64,000 nt of DNA from Selaginella moellendorffii. Its lineage: Eukaryota; Plantae; Lycopodiophyta. The stretch is from NCBI RefSeq assembly GCF_000143415.4, contig NW_003314267.1:2074932-2138931 (forward strand), given 5' to 3'. This document shows positions 38,277-50,899 of the stretch, piece by piece. Below the pieces are notes generated by a model. It saw only the letters and a list, made by a program, of their open reading frames with translations. It did no database searches and was not told the DNA's origin. Numbering within the stretch: position 1 is the first letter of the stretch; the number at the start of each line of letters is the position of its first letter. The position numbers were made by a program, and so were the translations under genes.

Positions 38277-38569
38277 GCTCAGTGTTGCTGATTCTTGAGC
38301 TGCTGAGATGGGTATTTATCCACTGCTCAAGCTGAACCAGGGGCCCATGTGTTGCACGTGTTTTCGTTCATAAACAAGTTGTAAGCAGCTGTTACAATTT
38401 CAATTGTCAACATGAAATAGTTATGTGCAAAATCAAAGTGGCAATTTGTATATTTCATAAAATGAAAATGAAAAAATCACAATGATTTTTAATCATATTT
38501 AGTTTGATAAGTAAAAGACAACATTAATATTAACTAATTTTAAACACTGACTAGTTTAGTCCTGACCAT

Positions 38570-38845
38570 GGCTCAAACAGAGGGGAAAGCTTACTACAGG
38601 CTCCTGAAATGCTAGCTATGACTTGCCAGAGTCAGGATGGCCGAGCCCGGTCTCCAAGGAACTTTGTTCTGTTTTGCAGGAAAGACCTTTACCGAGTTTC
38701 TTCAAGACTTTCAGTGACAGTGTGAAATACTGGACAACCTTTAACTCAGACAATGACCAGTTCGCACTGAGCACCTTATGGAAACTGCTACTGAGTCTTA
38801 CGTTTGTCCTGGCTCCAGTCGCGCTGCTCTACTTGCGGAGGCTGC
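38570..38845 (+). pseudogene. GH1 pseudogene fragment
   Basis: FFKTFSDSVKYWTTFN (cf. the GH1 motif FGDRVKYWTTFNEP), preceded by AYY..L/YDLP remnants and followed by ATE.Y remnants. A related fragment lies at ~21750-21925. Confidence 0.75.
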
Positions 38846-38981
38846 GGAACAAAAGAATGCGAGTGGAGTTCCCCAGCGGTCCACGTTCCAAGAGCCAGCA
38901 GTGGAGGCTGAATGCCAAAAGTTGCGATCAAGCGGCTCGAGAGTGGTGGAGACGAAGCTGACGTGATTGCCATTGGGATAG

Positions 38982-39781
38982 TGTTGAGATATACGCTCTC
39001 TATGACATGATCTTAGGTGGCAGGAGTGCTAAGCTAGATCCTTGTTTAGGCTAGAGGCGTGTCTTTTGATTATGTATATATAGCTATGATGTTATATTCA
39101 ACTATCCTTCGAGTCATCCTTGTCCATCATAGCTTCTGCATATCTCTTTCATGGTATTGGAGCCTTGAAGGCTCCAGATCCTGGGACAATGGCGCTGGCC
39201 GAGGAGGAGGTCAACAAGGATGATGATGAGCCACTGGACGTGGTTGAGAGGTGCCAAGATTTGGCACTGCACTGCACTAAGCGCCAAGATAACGGCACTA
39301 GCAAGCTGAGCAAGGCGCTAAGGCATGATTTAGAAGAGACTGGCCCGGAGGTGCTAACAAAGGCGCTGAGAGAGGGCTGGCATGGTACTGGAGCGCTAAG
39401 TGATGCATGCTAGGGCGTGAGATAGCGGCCCTGAGGGATAGCTGAGAGGAGGCACTGCACTAGGGCGCGAGAGAGCACTGGACACAGCGCAGAGCCGTTG
39501 AGAGAGGGCTGGTGCGGCAATAGGGTGTGGGAGAGCACTGGAGAAGGCCCTGAGGCGCTGGCAGAGGCGCTGAGAGAGTGGTGTGCACCGAGCAGAGAGA
39601 CTGGCCAGAGGCGCTGACAGAGGTGCTGGGCACTTGACATTGGCCAGGGGTGAATGCCATGAAAGAAGAAGAGCGGAAGTTACGATGACTTGGAATGATA
39701 ATCATATATTTAGCTATAATGTTATATTTTATTATCCTTCGAGTCATTTTTGTCCATCATAGCTTTTGCATATCTCTTTCA
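38982..39781 (+). mobile_element. 800-bp TRIM-like LTR element
   Basis: TG...CA ends, TSD GATAG (38977-38981 / 39782-39786), PBS-like TGGTATTGGAGC at 39152, purine tract ~39642-39654, terminal direct repeats of ~75 bp ending ctctttca. Confidence 0.75.
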
Positions 39782-40261
39782 GATAGAATAGGCAATGCAG
39801 GTTCTCAAAATAAGTTACATTGTCAGCTTATATATATTATTTATCACATACAAAAAGTAATACTTTGTAATAAATTAGTCCATTGCCAGCCTATTGTTAA
39901 ATTCGTTCAAAAAAAGAGTTGACACCTGAAAAAAAAAACACTAGACCTAAAAAAAAACAAAAAGAAAACTGAAAAAGAAAAAATTAAACCTAAAGAAGAA
40001 AAACAAAAAGAAAATTTGACCCAAAACATGCCTTTGGTTACTCTAATTTGGCACTATTTTATAAAAACTGAATATTTAATTTCATCTGTTAATATGGTGC
40101 TTATTAGGTAAAAGGGAAAAATTGCCTCCACAGGCATATCCTCACAGTAAAGACACAATGCAATGGCCTCATATGCCAACCTAGAGGAAAAAAATAAACT
40201 TGCAGAGTTCATCTCCTTGAGATTCTGCTTTCTCAACCTCCCGAAACACAACAAACCCGAA

Positions 40262-42395
40262 ATAACCTAGAAAGTCTCTTGACTTTTACCAGAGCTTGTG
40301 ATTTTGATGCCAGACAGAAAACAAAGGTTTTTCTGTTGTGATCATCAATGAAACTCATGAAAAACCATGAACCTCCATAGAAAACATGGGGAGAAGGGCC
40401 CCAAATGTCACTATGAACAAGTTCTAGTATTTCAGAGCCACGTCATGCTCCTCGCTTTGGAAAAGGAAGCTTGTGTTGTTTCCCAAGCTGGCAACCATCG
40501 GAAAAGGAAAGTTTTGCAGTGGTTGTGAATCAAGGCCTTCGACAAGTCTGTCCGTCGTGAGCTGAGCAATGCGCCATGTGCTCGCATGTCCGAAACGGCA
40601 ATGCCACAGCTCAAGCTCGTCCAGGGTAGAAGCCATGAACGTGAGGAACTGATGAGGGCGTTCAACCACTTCAGCAGCTCGTATTGGCTCCATACAAAGC
40701 TTGTATAGACCTTTCCCAGCTTGTCAAATGACAAATCCTAAGTCACCCGCGGGAGTGAGCAAAATGCATCCAGATTTGCTGAAACGAATGTCAAATCCAG
40801 ATTCAGTGAGTTGGCCGACAGAGAGCAAGTTCGCACTTAAGTGTTGGAACAAGGTATACATCATGAATTGTGGTGCTAAAACCACTCTCAAGTTTGAGCA
40901 AGATGGTACCTCGACCAGTGACTTGGAGCTGTCTTCCATCTCCTACTGCAACTGTGCTCAAACTGAGTTTAGGATCAACATCTTGGAGCGTCTTGAACCA
41001 CTGAGCGTCATGCGTCAAGTAATCCGTCGCTCCTGAATCAAAGAACGACGTTTCTTGATTTTTAGATGCGATATAGAGTGAACGTACTGAGCCAAAAGCT
41101 GTTGCATCAGCTTGATGAACCATCAATGCCTTAGCCTTCGTCTTCAGTCATTTCTCTGGGTATTTGAACCAACAGTTGTGTTCAGCATGATTCGTTTTCT
41201 TGCAATGTGGGCAGGGGTTGAATTTTCTGGTTGTGCTGGAAGAACTCCCCTGGAACATGACATTTTCTTCTTGCTTGGCCGAGCTGTGATATTGTAGGAA
41301 GAAGTCTCACTCTTTTCCATCGTTTTTCGTCGCAAGGCAGTGTTGTGTAACGCTGTCGTGACTTCTTGCCAGGAAATTTGACCACCGGGGACTGTGGGTT
41401 GAAGCGACTAGATGGTTGTATCGAAGGTGGAGGGGAGCAAGCTGAGGAGATGCTCATATTCCTCAGCTTCATCCATCTGTGCGCCCACAGCAACTAGGTC
41501 GTCCAAGATTTGTTTGATGACAGCAACATGGTCATCGGCGGACATTGCCATGGAGTAGAGCTTCTGGCGAAGATGCATGCGATTAGCAGGTGTCTGCTGC
41601 TCATGAATTGCTGTAAGGGTTGCCCACACCTCACATGCTTTTGTGCAATGTGATACTGCTCAAAAGTCTCGTGTGTGTAAGGCTTGGAACCTTGCCAAGG
41701 GCTTTGCAATTAATCACAGCCCATTTGTGCTGTCCTGCTCATCTTGGGGAGCTGTTCAAGGTCTCTGTGGGGCATGGTCACGCCCCACAGCCTTTGTTCA
41801 TCCAAGTAGCATTTGATGTGAATGTATTTAAAATGTATAGTAGGGATGGTAATCTTAAGGCATAATTTAGCTCTTGCTTCCTGTCCTTATTATGTGGTTT
41901 AAGTTTAATTTCCATACCATGGTGGGGTATTGATATTTTATATAGGCCATTAATATGTTGAAATAATGCCAAATTTCATTTAGTTCTATTTTACATGCTA
42001 ATTATAGCATTAAGATTAGAACTATTTAATGTCATTCCGTCCTTCTCTCCTTAAGCTGAACACTCAAAAAAAAATTTGTGCTTTAATTCCTTTATTCTTT
42101 AGCTGCAAATTTAGGAATTAAGCTTTATTCCTTCATTTAATGGCCTATAGCCCTAAAACTCAAGTTTCATTGGACACATGGCATATATTTCCAAATGGAA
42201 AAATCAGTAACTATAATGGGAGAGAGATGAGAAGGGAGGGAGGAGGAGAATTCATCACCTTTGAAGGCTACCTAACCAAGCAATCAATCTCCTTGCCCTA
42301 ATTCACCTTGTCTTGCTGTTGTGTGAGCATGCTGATGCATTCTATGCTACTCTCTCTATCTCCTCGTCATTCTAGATCGTACTCCTCTGATACCA
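40262..42395 (-). mobile_element. Ty1/Copia remnant (duplicate of 9881-11970, retains more integrase)
   Basis: VHSDIWGPSPHVFYGGSWFFMSFIDDHNRKTFVF; gag WATLTAIHEQQTPANRMHLRQKLY; PBS reverse complement ending at 42395. Confidence 0.9.
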
Positions 42396-42445
42396 TGTTA
42401 TGATGTTCAATTGAGATTGAATTGTTAAGCTTGGAATTCACAACA

Positions 42446-43015
42446 TGGTATCAGAGGAGTATGATCTAAAATGACAAGGAGACTGGAGAGCGTAGCTTAG
42501 GATGCATCAGCATGCTCATGCAACACTCACAAGATGAATTAGGGCAAGGAGATTGATCACCATGTTTGTGCACAATCATGCCAAGGTCTTTGTCTGGGAT
42601 AGGCTTGGAGGGTGCAGCCAAAAATCAGAAGCGCAATGGGCAAAATGCCAAGAAAAAAAAGGACAAGAAGTGCAAGGATAATAGCTTGTGTAATATTTGC
42701 AAGAAACCAGACTTGTAGTCATCTTTGTATTTTTGGTTGTGTTGCTTATGCTTTTGTCACCAAGAAGCATGGCACCAAACTTGAAGATTGCAGCGTGAAG
42801 GCTATTCTCATTGGCTATGGTGACTAGAAATGAAGGCTTACAAGCTCTACAGCCTTTCCAGTTCAAAGATCTTTCACAGTCATGATGTGATCTTTGACAA
42901 GTCTCAGACTTTATGCTACTCACAATCTTCCCACAGCAATCGAGCCCCCAGTCAAGTGTCAATAGTTTGTGGCAATTGACAGTGATGGAGAAGACACCTC
43001 TACTTCTAGGCTCTT
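42446..43015 (+). mobile_element. Internally deleted Copia remnant (duplicate of 12021-12610)
   Basis: Same PBS and motifs. Confidence 0.8.
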
Positions 43016-45061
43016 GTTTATTTCTTCACAGCTACCATCGTCTCCTCTGTAGACGGAGCCGATCGGCTTTCAGTTTTCATGAAGGAAAACTGGATGAAGA
43101 ACCGCTGAGAGCTGCCGTCAGTAAGAGACCCCCCACAATGATCAGGTCCACAGCATGCCAGCATCACTGCCGGAGTACTGTGGACCTGATCATCGTTTGA
43201 GCCAAATGAGCGCTATCCATGCCCAGTGTTATGGGAGATTTCTAGGTTTTTCCGGGGATCTAGGGAACCCGGCGGCCGTTCTCCCGGTTTGTTGTGTCTA
43301 GTTTTCTCTACAAGCTCTCGTTTTTCTCTCTTTTTCTTTAGGGAATCCTCGCGGATTGTCCATCCAAGCTGCTGCTTTCTAGGTTTGTTGTGTTTCGGGA
43401 GGTCGAGAAGGCCGAATCTCAAGGAGACGGCCAAAGATTCCCCTGTCTAACTGTGCAAGCTTGTTTTTTCTCTCTCGTCTTTACTGAGTTTGCTGGTGCA
43501 GGTTTGTTGTTGAGTTTCGTCTCTTAGCTCCGCTGTGAACGCTTTTTCCAGTGATGAAGACCAGATCATCTCCAGGAATTCTCTCAGGTGTGCAGTGTTT
43601 TAAACTGGATGGATTTGATCTTTTCCTGTTTTTCTTTGTTTAGGGGGTATCGATCGAGTGAAGACTACATATCCATATGTAGCAGTTAAAAAAGCAGACA
43701 GAGAGCATGGAGGATATCCAATGGACAGGTTTTGCTATGAAAGAAATGTAAGCTTTATATTTGTCTCAGGCTTTGTAATATTGTTTTTTTTTGTGTAATT
43801 TCTTTGGCCTGAGGATATGCTTGCAGAGGTAACTTTTCCCCCTTACCTAAAGGGTGTGCGTTTGGAAGAGGCACAGCAGGCATATCAACAGAAGAAACCA
43901 AATATCCGGTTTTTACCAAATGGTGCTAAAACAGAATTTAGTAAAGCAACTAAAGGCATGTTTTGGGTCACTGTTGGACGGTAAGTTCTCTTTTTGTTTC
44001 TCTTCTTTAATTTTAGTCTTTTCTTTTTCAGAAATTCTACTTTAGATAGCATCCCAGATGCAATCAACCATTTACTCTTTTTTTATTGCCTTCCGAATGA
44101 GTTTGACAATGGGCCAGTGATGGATTAGTTTATTACAAGATATTCCTTCTTGTGTTTACATGTAAAGTAATATTTCTTGTTTTTGTTGCAATAAATGTGA
44201 AGCCTTTTTTGTACAAATCGCAACTGTTATGAATTTAAGGTAGTAGAGAAAGCCTTTTTGATAAATAATATATAAGAGTTTTGATGCTATAGTCACTTTG
44301 AAGTTAGCTCGCTTTGAGAGCCTGCATTACCTTTTTCCGAATAGCTATCACCTCGGCTTTGCCTCGTCCTGCTAAAGTTAGCGTTGGCTCCAGGAATGTG
44401 AACTGCTGTGGAACTTCCGAGATGGAATCTAGGAGCTTGTCACTCACGTTCTTCTATTTTGCAGCCTCTGCCGTGTGAAGCACTGGACAACCTTTAACTC
44501 AGCTCAAAATGACAATGGCGCACCATGGAAACTTGTCTTGAATTGAAACTCAAAAGTTCCTTAAGGCTAAAGGCAAATGACTGCTGGATCTCAAGGATTG
44601 CCTTGGGTAAACTTGGTTTTGAATAAAAATTAATGCTTTCTGAGATCAAGTCATAGTTTAAGCATTAACATCAATGCTTTATTAAGGTTAACTTGCTAGA
44701 GTTTGTTCTTTTGCAAGAGGTAAATGAAAGTCTTCAAAAACTGCATTGGACTTCCATTGACTGACGTTGACTTTGAGCTCTCAGGTCAGCTAGTGCATGT
44801 TCCCCGAGTTTTCTTTTTTTCATTTTGCTGCAGTGGAAAGCATAGAAAATCATCAAGTAGTGTGGTAAGCCATAGGAGGAATGATCTAGTTGTTTATGTT
44901 TTGAGGGATTTGCAAAAGCTTCCCACAATATTTGTTGCTCAAGGATATTATCTATCCATCGTTTATAATCTTGTGGTACCCAACCTCGAAGCATGTGACA
45001 AATGACTGCAAGTGTTTGTGAAATTTGCTAACGAAAGAACGAGGATTTACTTTGGCATTGA

Positions 45062-47005
45062 TCAAATTCGCGAGAATAGTTCCTGGATGCTGCCCTTCTG
45101 GACGTCACCCGCGCATATCTGCGAGAAAGAGCTTCCACTGTTCTAAGAGAATCCTCGTCTGATCAGCAAGACATTTACCTCCACGATTTTCTCTGAGGCT
45201 TCCGGGACCACGATCGCTTCCACGCAAACTTCCGCGACCTGATCCACGAGCCGCAAGACCTTTTAGATGCATGCTTTCCTGCTAGAGTTTCTTACCTTTG
45301 ATCGACTGATACCACCTATGAAGAGCGAGTCGGCTGGCCTCATGACGAGAGCCTCATCCTGGAACAAAAAGAAACGTTATCTCTAAGAAACTTAGGAGAG
45401 AATAGCAACGCTTACAGCGGGTGCGTTCTCTCGTAGACCAGCAGGCCTTACGATAGTGTACTCAAGCCCTGAGCGTTGCAATGCAAGCTCTGCCTGCCTT
45501 TTCCTGAGGAAGGATAAAACGAGTGAGACAACATTCTTGCGAAGTTAAAGCTTGTTTCGCTTACCACCACAGAATGGGGATTATCTGGAGGAATGACGAA
45601 ACTCCTATCGACGTGACCAGTATAAACTGCGAGTTAAATGTCAGTCTGGATAGACAATACTTTGCTTGCTACCTTTTTCACTTGTCCTTGGTTCTTGGCT
45701 GCCGAGATAAGGTTCACAACTCCTTCATACTCGATCTGCAAAAAATCACTCAGTGTCAAAGAGAATGTGATTAACAACTTAAGAACCTGGTAAGTCTTCA
45801 TAATATCCAGCGGGAAAAACTTCGTCCCAATGGCACACACGACCGCATTACTGTAAAGCTTGCATTAGACTGGAAGATGAGAAAGAGCCAAACGTACCTA
45901 TCACCCAGTGCTTGCTTGAGAGTTTCGTATTTACAAATGTCGCCACGGACAGCCTGCTTGTCCAGAAAGAAGACACGTTACCAAACAACGCAGTGACACC
46001 AGCAGCACAAATTTCAACTCACAGTCACGTTGCCCTGCTCGTTGAATCGATTGGCCTTATCACGACACAATGCTCGCACTTTGGCACCTCCTTTCGAGAG
46101 CTTTTCCACCACGAGCCTGAGTTTAGAGAATCAAAACTTGGTTACAAAGGCAAAAACGAAAGAAAAAAGCAAGAACGGAAAAACGAACTCACGAACCTTC
46201 CAGTTCTTCCCGAGGCACCAGCCACGAAAACCTTGAGATCAGCAAACCGCCCTTGATCGTGCCGAGGTTGCTCCTTTGGTTCCGTGCCATCTTGATCGTG
46301 CCGGGGCTGCTCCTTTGATTTCTTGCCATCTTGATCGTGCCGGGGATGCTCCTTTGATTTTATGCCTTTAGACGAATCCACGGGAGCGCTGCCAGAAACT
46401 TCTTTCGAGACTGCCTCAGCCCCCCCAGCTTCTACGTTCTCTTTCAAATCTCCTCCCAAAGAAGAGATGCCCTCGAGCCGATCTCTCTCTTCTGAGTCTT
46501 CCAATCCATCGTCAGCTTCGTTCTCCTCTCTCAAATCACCTGGCAAAGAAGACACGGCCTCGGGCTCTTCCGACTCCTCAACTCCATCCTCGCCATCATC
46601 CGACGCAGCATCCTCGTCGGAGATTTCTTCATCCAGCGCATTATCGAGCAAAGATTTCTCTTGCCGATCTTCCTCATCCCCGTCGGGAGTCGAGCTATCC
46701 AGGATGTGAGGCTGCCGGACGAGCTCTTCCTCCACCGGATCATACAGATTACGCTTATTCAGGAGCTTCATATGCCCTGCACAGACCGATGCGATCAACA
46801 ACAGCCAAGACGCAAGAACAAGAGAAGAAAATTTCCACTCACGAGCTCGCCGATGCTTCGTCCGCGCCACAATCTTCTGCATATCGCGCTTGGATCCTCC
46901 CGACGCCGTCGAGCATCGCACCAATCCGCGAGCGCGCCTCGCCGGAGGAGCATCCGCATTGGACCGCCATTGCCATGCGGCATCGAACCCCAACGTTAAT
47001 TCCAT
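45062..47005 (-). CDS. NAD(P)-binding Rossmann-fold (NAD_binding_10, TIC62-like) protein with putative plastid targeting peptide
   Basis: ATG at 47005; MELTLG...RRARGLVRCS; hydrophobic segment; acidic domain; canonical GASGRTG; same exon chain as 14666-16512. Confidence 0.85.
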
Positions 47006-47299
47006 ACTCCCTTCTCTTTATTTTTAGGGTTTATGCCACTCGCTTGTTTTGTTCTTGCGCCAAGCGCGTTGCCGCCTTCCACGTCGCCGATCGATCGGGA
47101 GGTGGTCGCATAGGCAGCATCTTCTCGAGCGCTGGTCGATCGATCGCGAGGTTTTAGGGTTCTTATTTAAATCTGCGGGTGGTCGGGGAGAGGCAATTTG
47201 GGTATTTTCGCGTGGTTTTGTGCTTTCGTTCGTGTGTGGATTCGTTCGAAGATAGGTGCCTCTTGTAGTAGCGCGGCAGTCGCCACACAGCGCTGCAAT
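47006..47299. promoter_or_regulatory. Short bidirectional promoter/5' UTR region
   Basis: 294 bp between divergent ATGs; telo-box-like TAGGGTTT at 47025-47032 and TAGGGTT near 47155. Confidence 0.5.
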
Positions 47300-48520
47300 A
47301 TGAGGAAGAGTTCCAGGCGCACTGGCGTGATGCCCGCTCCAGCGGCGATGGCTCCACCCGGTAAGCCAGTTCTTTCACGCGAAAGCCTTACTCTTTCCTT
47401 CTTTTTTTCTCCATAGTGAAGAAAAAGAAAAGGACTGACACGAGTTTGAATCCAGCAAAGTCGAGCTCCAAGGAATTCGATAAGTGTGACACCTTGTTCA
47501 GTCGCTATGCTGAGAAGAATGACAAGTGCTTGATCGGGTGAGTGAGAGCTGGAAATTGTTTGATCGGCTGGTCGTATTGACAAACGTTGTTGCGAAAAAA
47601 AAAAGTCCGGAAGGAATAGAGGCGCTGTGCCGGGACTTGCAGATCGAACCCACGGATATGCGTATTCTTCTCCTGGCTTGGTGAGTATTTCCGAAAGCTA
47701 AGAGCTTTGAGCGAATCTTCCGGTTATATGTTCCAGGAAATTCGGAGCTGACAAGCAGGGATTCTTCACGCTGGTGAGTCTTGCTTTTGAAAGTTTTTTT
47801 CGCGCATTCAAGGATTGTTTGTTCTAGGAGGAGTGGCGAGCGGGCTTGAAGGCCTTGAAAGCGGATACACTGGATAAGTTGAAGAAGGCACTCGCAAATC
47901 TCCAGCAACAGGTGCGTGAGTGTATGATTCAAGCATCTTTTCGCTTATATAAGTTATCTTGCTTTCCAGGTTGCGGATGACGAAGAAGAATTCAAGTCCT
48001 TGTACAGCTTCTCCTTTCAGTATTGCTTGACAGGTAATCGCAAATCATCCATCCATCGCTGTCGCTGTAGAGATTGATGAACCTCCTTTCTCTTCCAGAA
48101 CCAAGGCAAAAGACGCTGGATCTCGATTCGGCGTGCCAAATGCTGGAGCTCATTCTCTCGGGACGACCGCATTTGGATTCCTTCACTCGTTTCCTCCAGG
48201 TACTTCGTTGCTCTTTCAGGTTTCTCCAGAGTTTTCGATCGATCTTCACTCTTGGTTGGGATACTTTCTTCTCAGGAGCAAAAGGAATACAAGGGGATCA
48301 ATCACGATCAGTGGATTGGATTTCTTCGCTTTTGTGACGAGGTATTCTAAAACTTTTTAAACGTTTTTTCGCGGGATCCCATCTTAACACTCGCTTTGGA
48401 TCAATCACGCAGGTGAGCACTGATATGAGTAACTACGATGAGACGCAAGCGTGGCCTCTGCTCCTGGACAACTACGTGGAGTGGTCAAAACAGGCCGGTG
48501 GCTCCAAAGAGCCCATGTAA
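47300..48520 (+). CDS. DCN1-like protein (cullin neddylation, PONY domain; DCUN1D4/5-like)
   Basis: 9 exons: [88 protein letters not shown]. Confidence 0.9.
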
Positions 48521-48905
48521 GAGAGAGGTGGAATATGCGATTGGAAATTCTTTTTTGCCCTCCCGCGTGGCATGGTGCGCTGGCACAGCTAGACAAGTGT
48601 TAGCCAATGTAGGCCCAGTATTCGAATGACGTGTCTCGTGACGTGGTGCATTGTTACTACAATTTGGGGGAAGACGATGGATCTTTAGATCTTTCTCCTC
48701 GCTCGCGCTGTAGCAACGACGAAAGGAGCCTCAATCGGTGATGCGCGTTGGCTTTTCAGTGGCCGTGCTGCGATGTCGGCGCTTGCGGTCTTAGGTCTAG
48801 GATTTGTGGCTGTAGGTCGGGATTTCTAGGGGAGCTCCGCTCCACAACAGGGAGGAAGAGGATTTCGCTGCTAATGCTGCTCGATCGATCGAGGCAGCTC
48901 ACGAG

Positions 48906-50662
48906 ATGGTGAAAGATACGGAGTATTACGACGTTCTAGGATTGACGCCGGATGCGAGCGCGGCCGATGTAAAGAAGGCGTATTATGTTAAGGTAATTGT
49001 CTCGTCTCGCTTGGCAAGCTCTCGATCGAGAGTGATCTTTTCTCTTCCGGACAGGCTAAGAAGGTACACCCAGACAAGAATCCCAATGATCCACAGGCCG
49101 CAAGGAATTTTCAAGTAAGTGAGCTAGCTCCTTTCCAATCTTCCAAGCGATTCTTACAAGGGATTCCATAAACTCTCTAGCTTCTCGGGGAGGCGTATCA
49201 AACGCTGAGCGATCCTGCGAAAAAAGAAGCCTATGACAAATTCGGCAAAGCTGGAGTGTCAACGTAAGTGTCTTTGCTACGAAGGTTCCATGTGTTCTCA
49301 TCGAGGCTTTTTTGTTCTTGTGATGTTTCTTTCTTTGCAGAGACCAAATGCTCGACCCCGCTGCGGTGTTTGGCATGCTCTTCGGAAGTGAGATGTTTGA
49401 AGATTACGTTGGGCAGCTTGCAATGGCATCTATGGCGTCCATAGATACTTCAAGTGGTGATAACCAAGCCATGGATCTGAGGCAAGTACAAGAGAAGCTC
49501 AAGGTGAGTAGCTAGCGCTTTTGTTTTCTGTCTAGTTGCTTGCTCTTTAGTTTTCCGTCCGTTAACTCGGCCTTGTCTTCGCTCTTCACAGGTTTTGCAA
49601 CAAGAGAGGGAAGATAAGCTTACCAAGTGCTTAATCGCTCGTCTACAGCGTTATGTTGACGGCGACAAAGACGGGTTCAGTGAATGGGCGAAAAACGAGG
49701 CTCAGCATCTTTCGAATGCGGGTATTATATAATCTTGGTGCTGAGCTTTGATCCGTGTTTTTTAACCCCGAAGTGCTTTCTATAATTTTGCCCTGTAGCT
49801 TTTGGAGAGCCGATGCTGCACACGATTGGGTACATATATGCTCGACAGGCTGCAAAGGAGCTTGGTAAAAAAATGTTGTTCATGGGAGTTCCTTTCTTGG
49901 CGGAATGGGTTCGTGACAAGGGACACTTTATCAAGTCACAAGTGACCGCCGCGGCTGGTTTGTAGAGTTTTACTCAGCTCCGCTTTTGCCATTATTCTAA
50001 CAAGCAACTGTTGTCTCAGGTGCGATCGCCTTGATGCAAATGCAAGAGGATATGAAGAGGCAGCTCGCCGCCGGGGGTGATATGAGCGAAAGTGCCATCG
50101 AAAAGTATCTTGAATCCAAGCAACAAGTGATGATCGACTCTCTGTGGAAGCTCAACGTCGCGGACATCGAGGTCACTTTATCGCATATCTGCCAGAACGT
50201 AAGCAAGAGATATCACAACACTCTGATATACTCTGATATACAACAAACGTGATATACTTTCCAGGTTTTGCACGATGCTACCGCTGGAAGAGAAGTTCAG
50301 AGGCAGCGCGCAAAGGCTCTGAAAAAGCTGGGGAATATTTTCCAGGTTTGTTTGCATTCTCCATTCTCTTATCCTTTGTTCCGACAGGGCTTACAGGGAG
50401 CCAAAGTTCCGTATAGAAGAGAGAAAAGCCTTCGTCACGACGCGAAGCTGGGTCAAGACAGCTCGAGCTCCACACCGACGCCTCAACCGAGTAATTCATC
50501 TCAGACCTTCCAGGTTTTTATCACTTAAAGTTGTTTCCAAGCTCAAATCTTCCATGAACTTTTCTTTTGTTTGATTTGTTCTTCCAGAACCCAGCGGATG
50601 GTGGTTTTGCTAATCAGCCCACGTCAATGCCATCTCCAGCTGCTCCTCCGGGCATGGCATGA
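48906..50662 (+). CDS. DnaJ protein (J-domain + DnaJ-X domain; chaperone protein dnaJ 10-like)
   Basis: [26 protein letters not shown]; [23 protein letters not shown]; [14 protein letters not shown]; [13 protein letters not shown]. Confidence 0.92.
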
Positions 50663-50899
50663 AAAAAATGGGAGAGATTGTGAAGAAAAGATCGATACTC
50701 CATTCTTTCATTGCGTGTATTGTGTGCCTATGTGATCTGACGGGTATAATTGAGACACGTGTCTAGTGGGCATTTGAATGATTCTAGGACGAGAGACAGC
50801 AAGGAAAGCGTCCTCCCGTAGAGTTTCTTGGCATTTGCAAGGCGTGATTAGGGCTTGTGGGAGCTCCGCTAGGGCTCTTCGATCCCGATCCTCGCCGCA

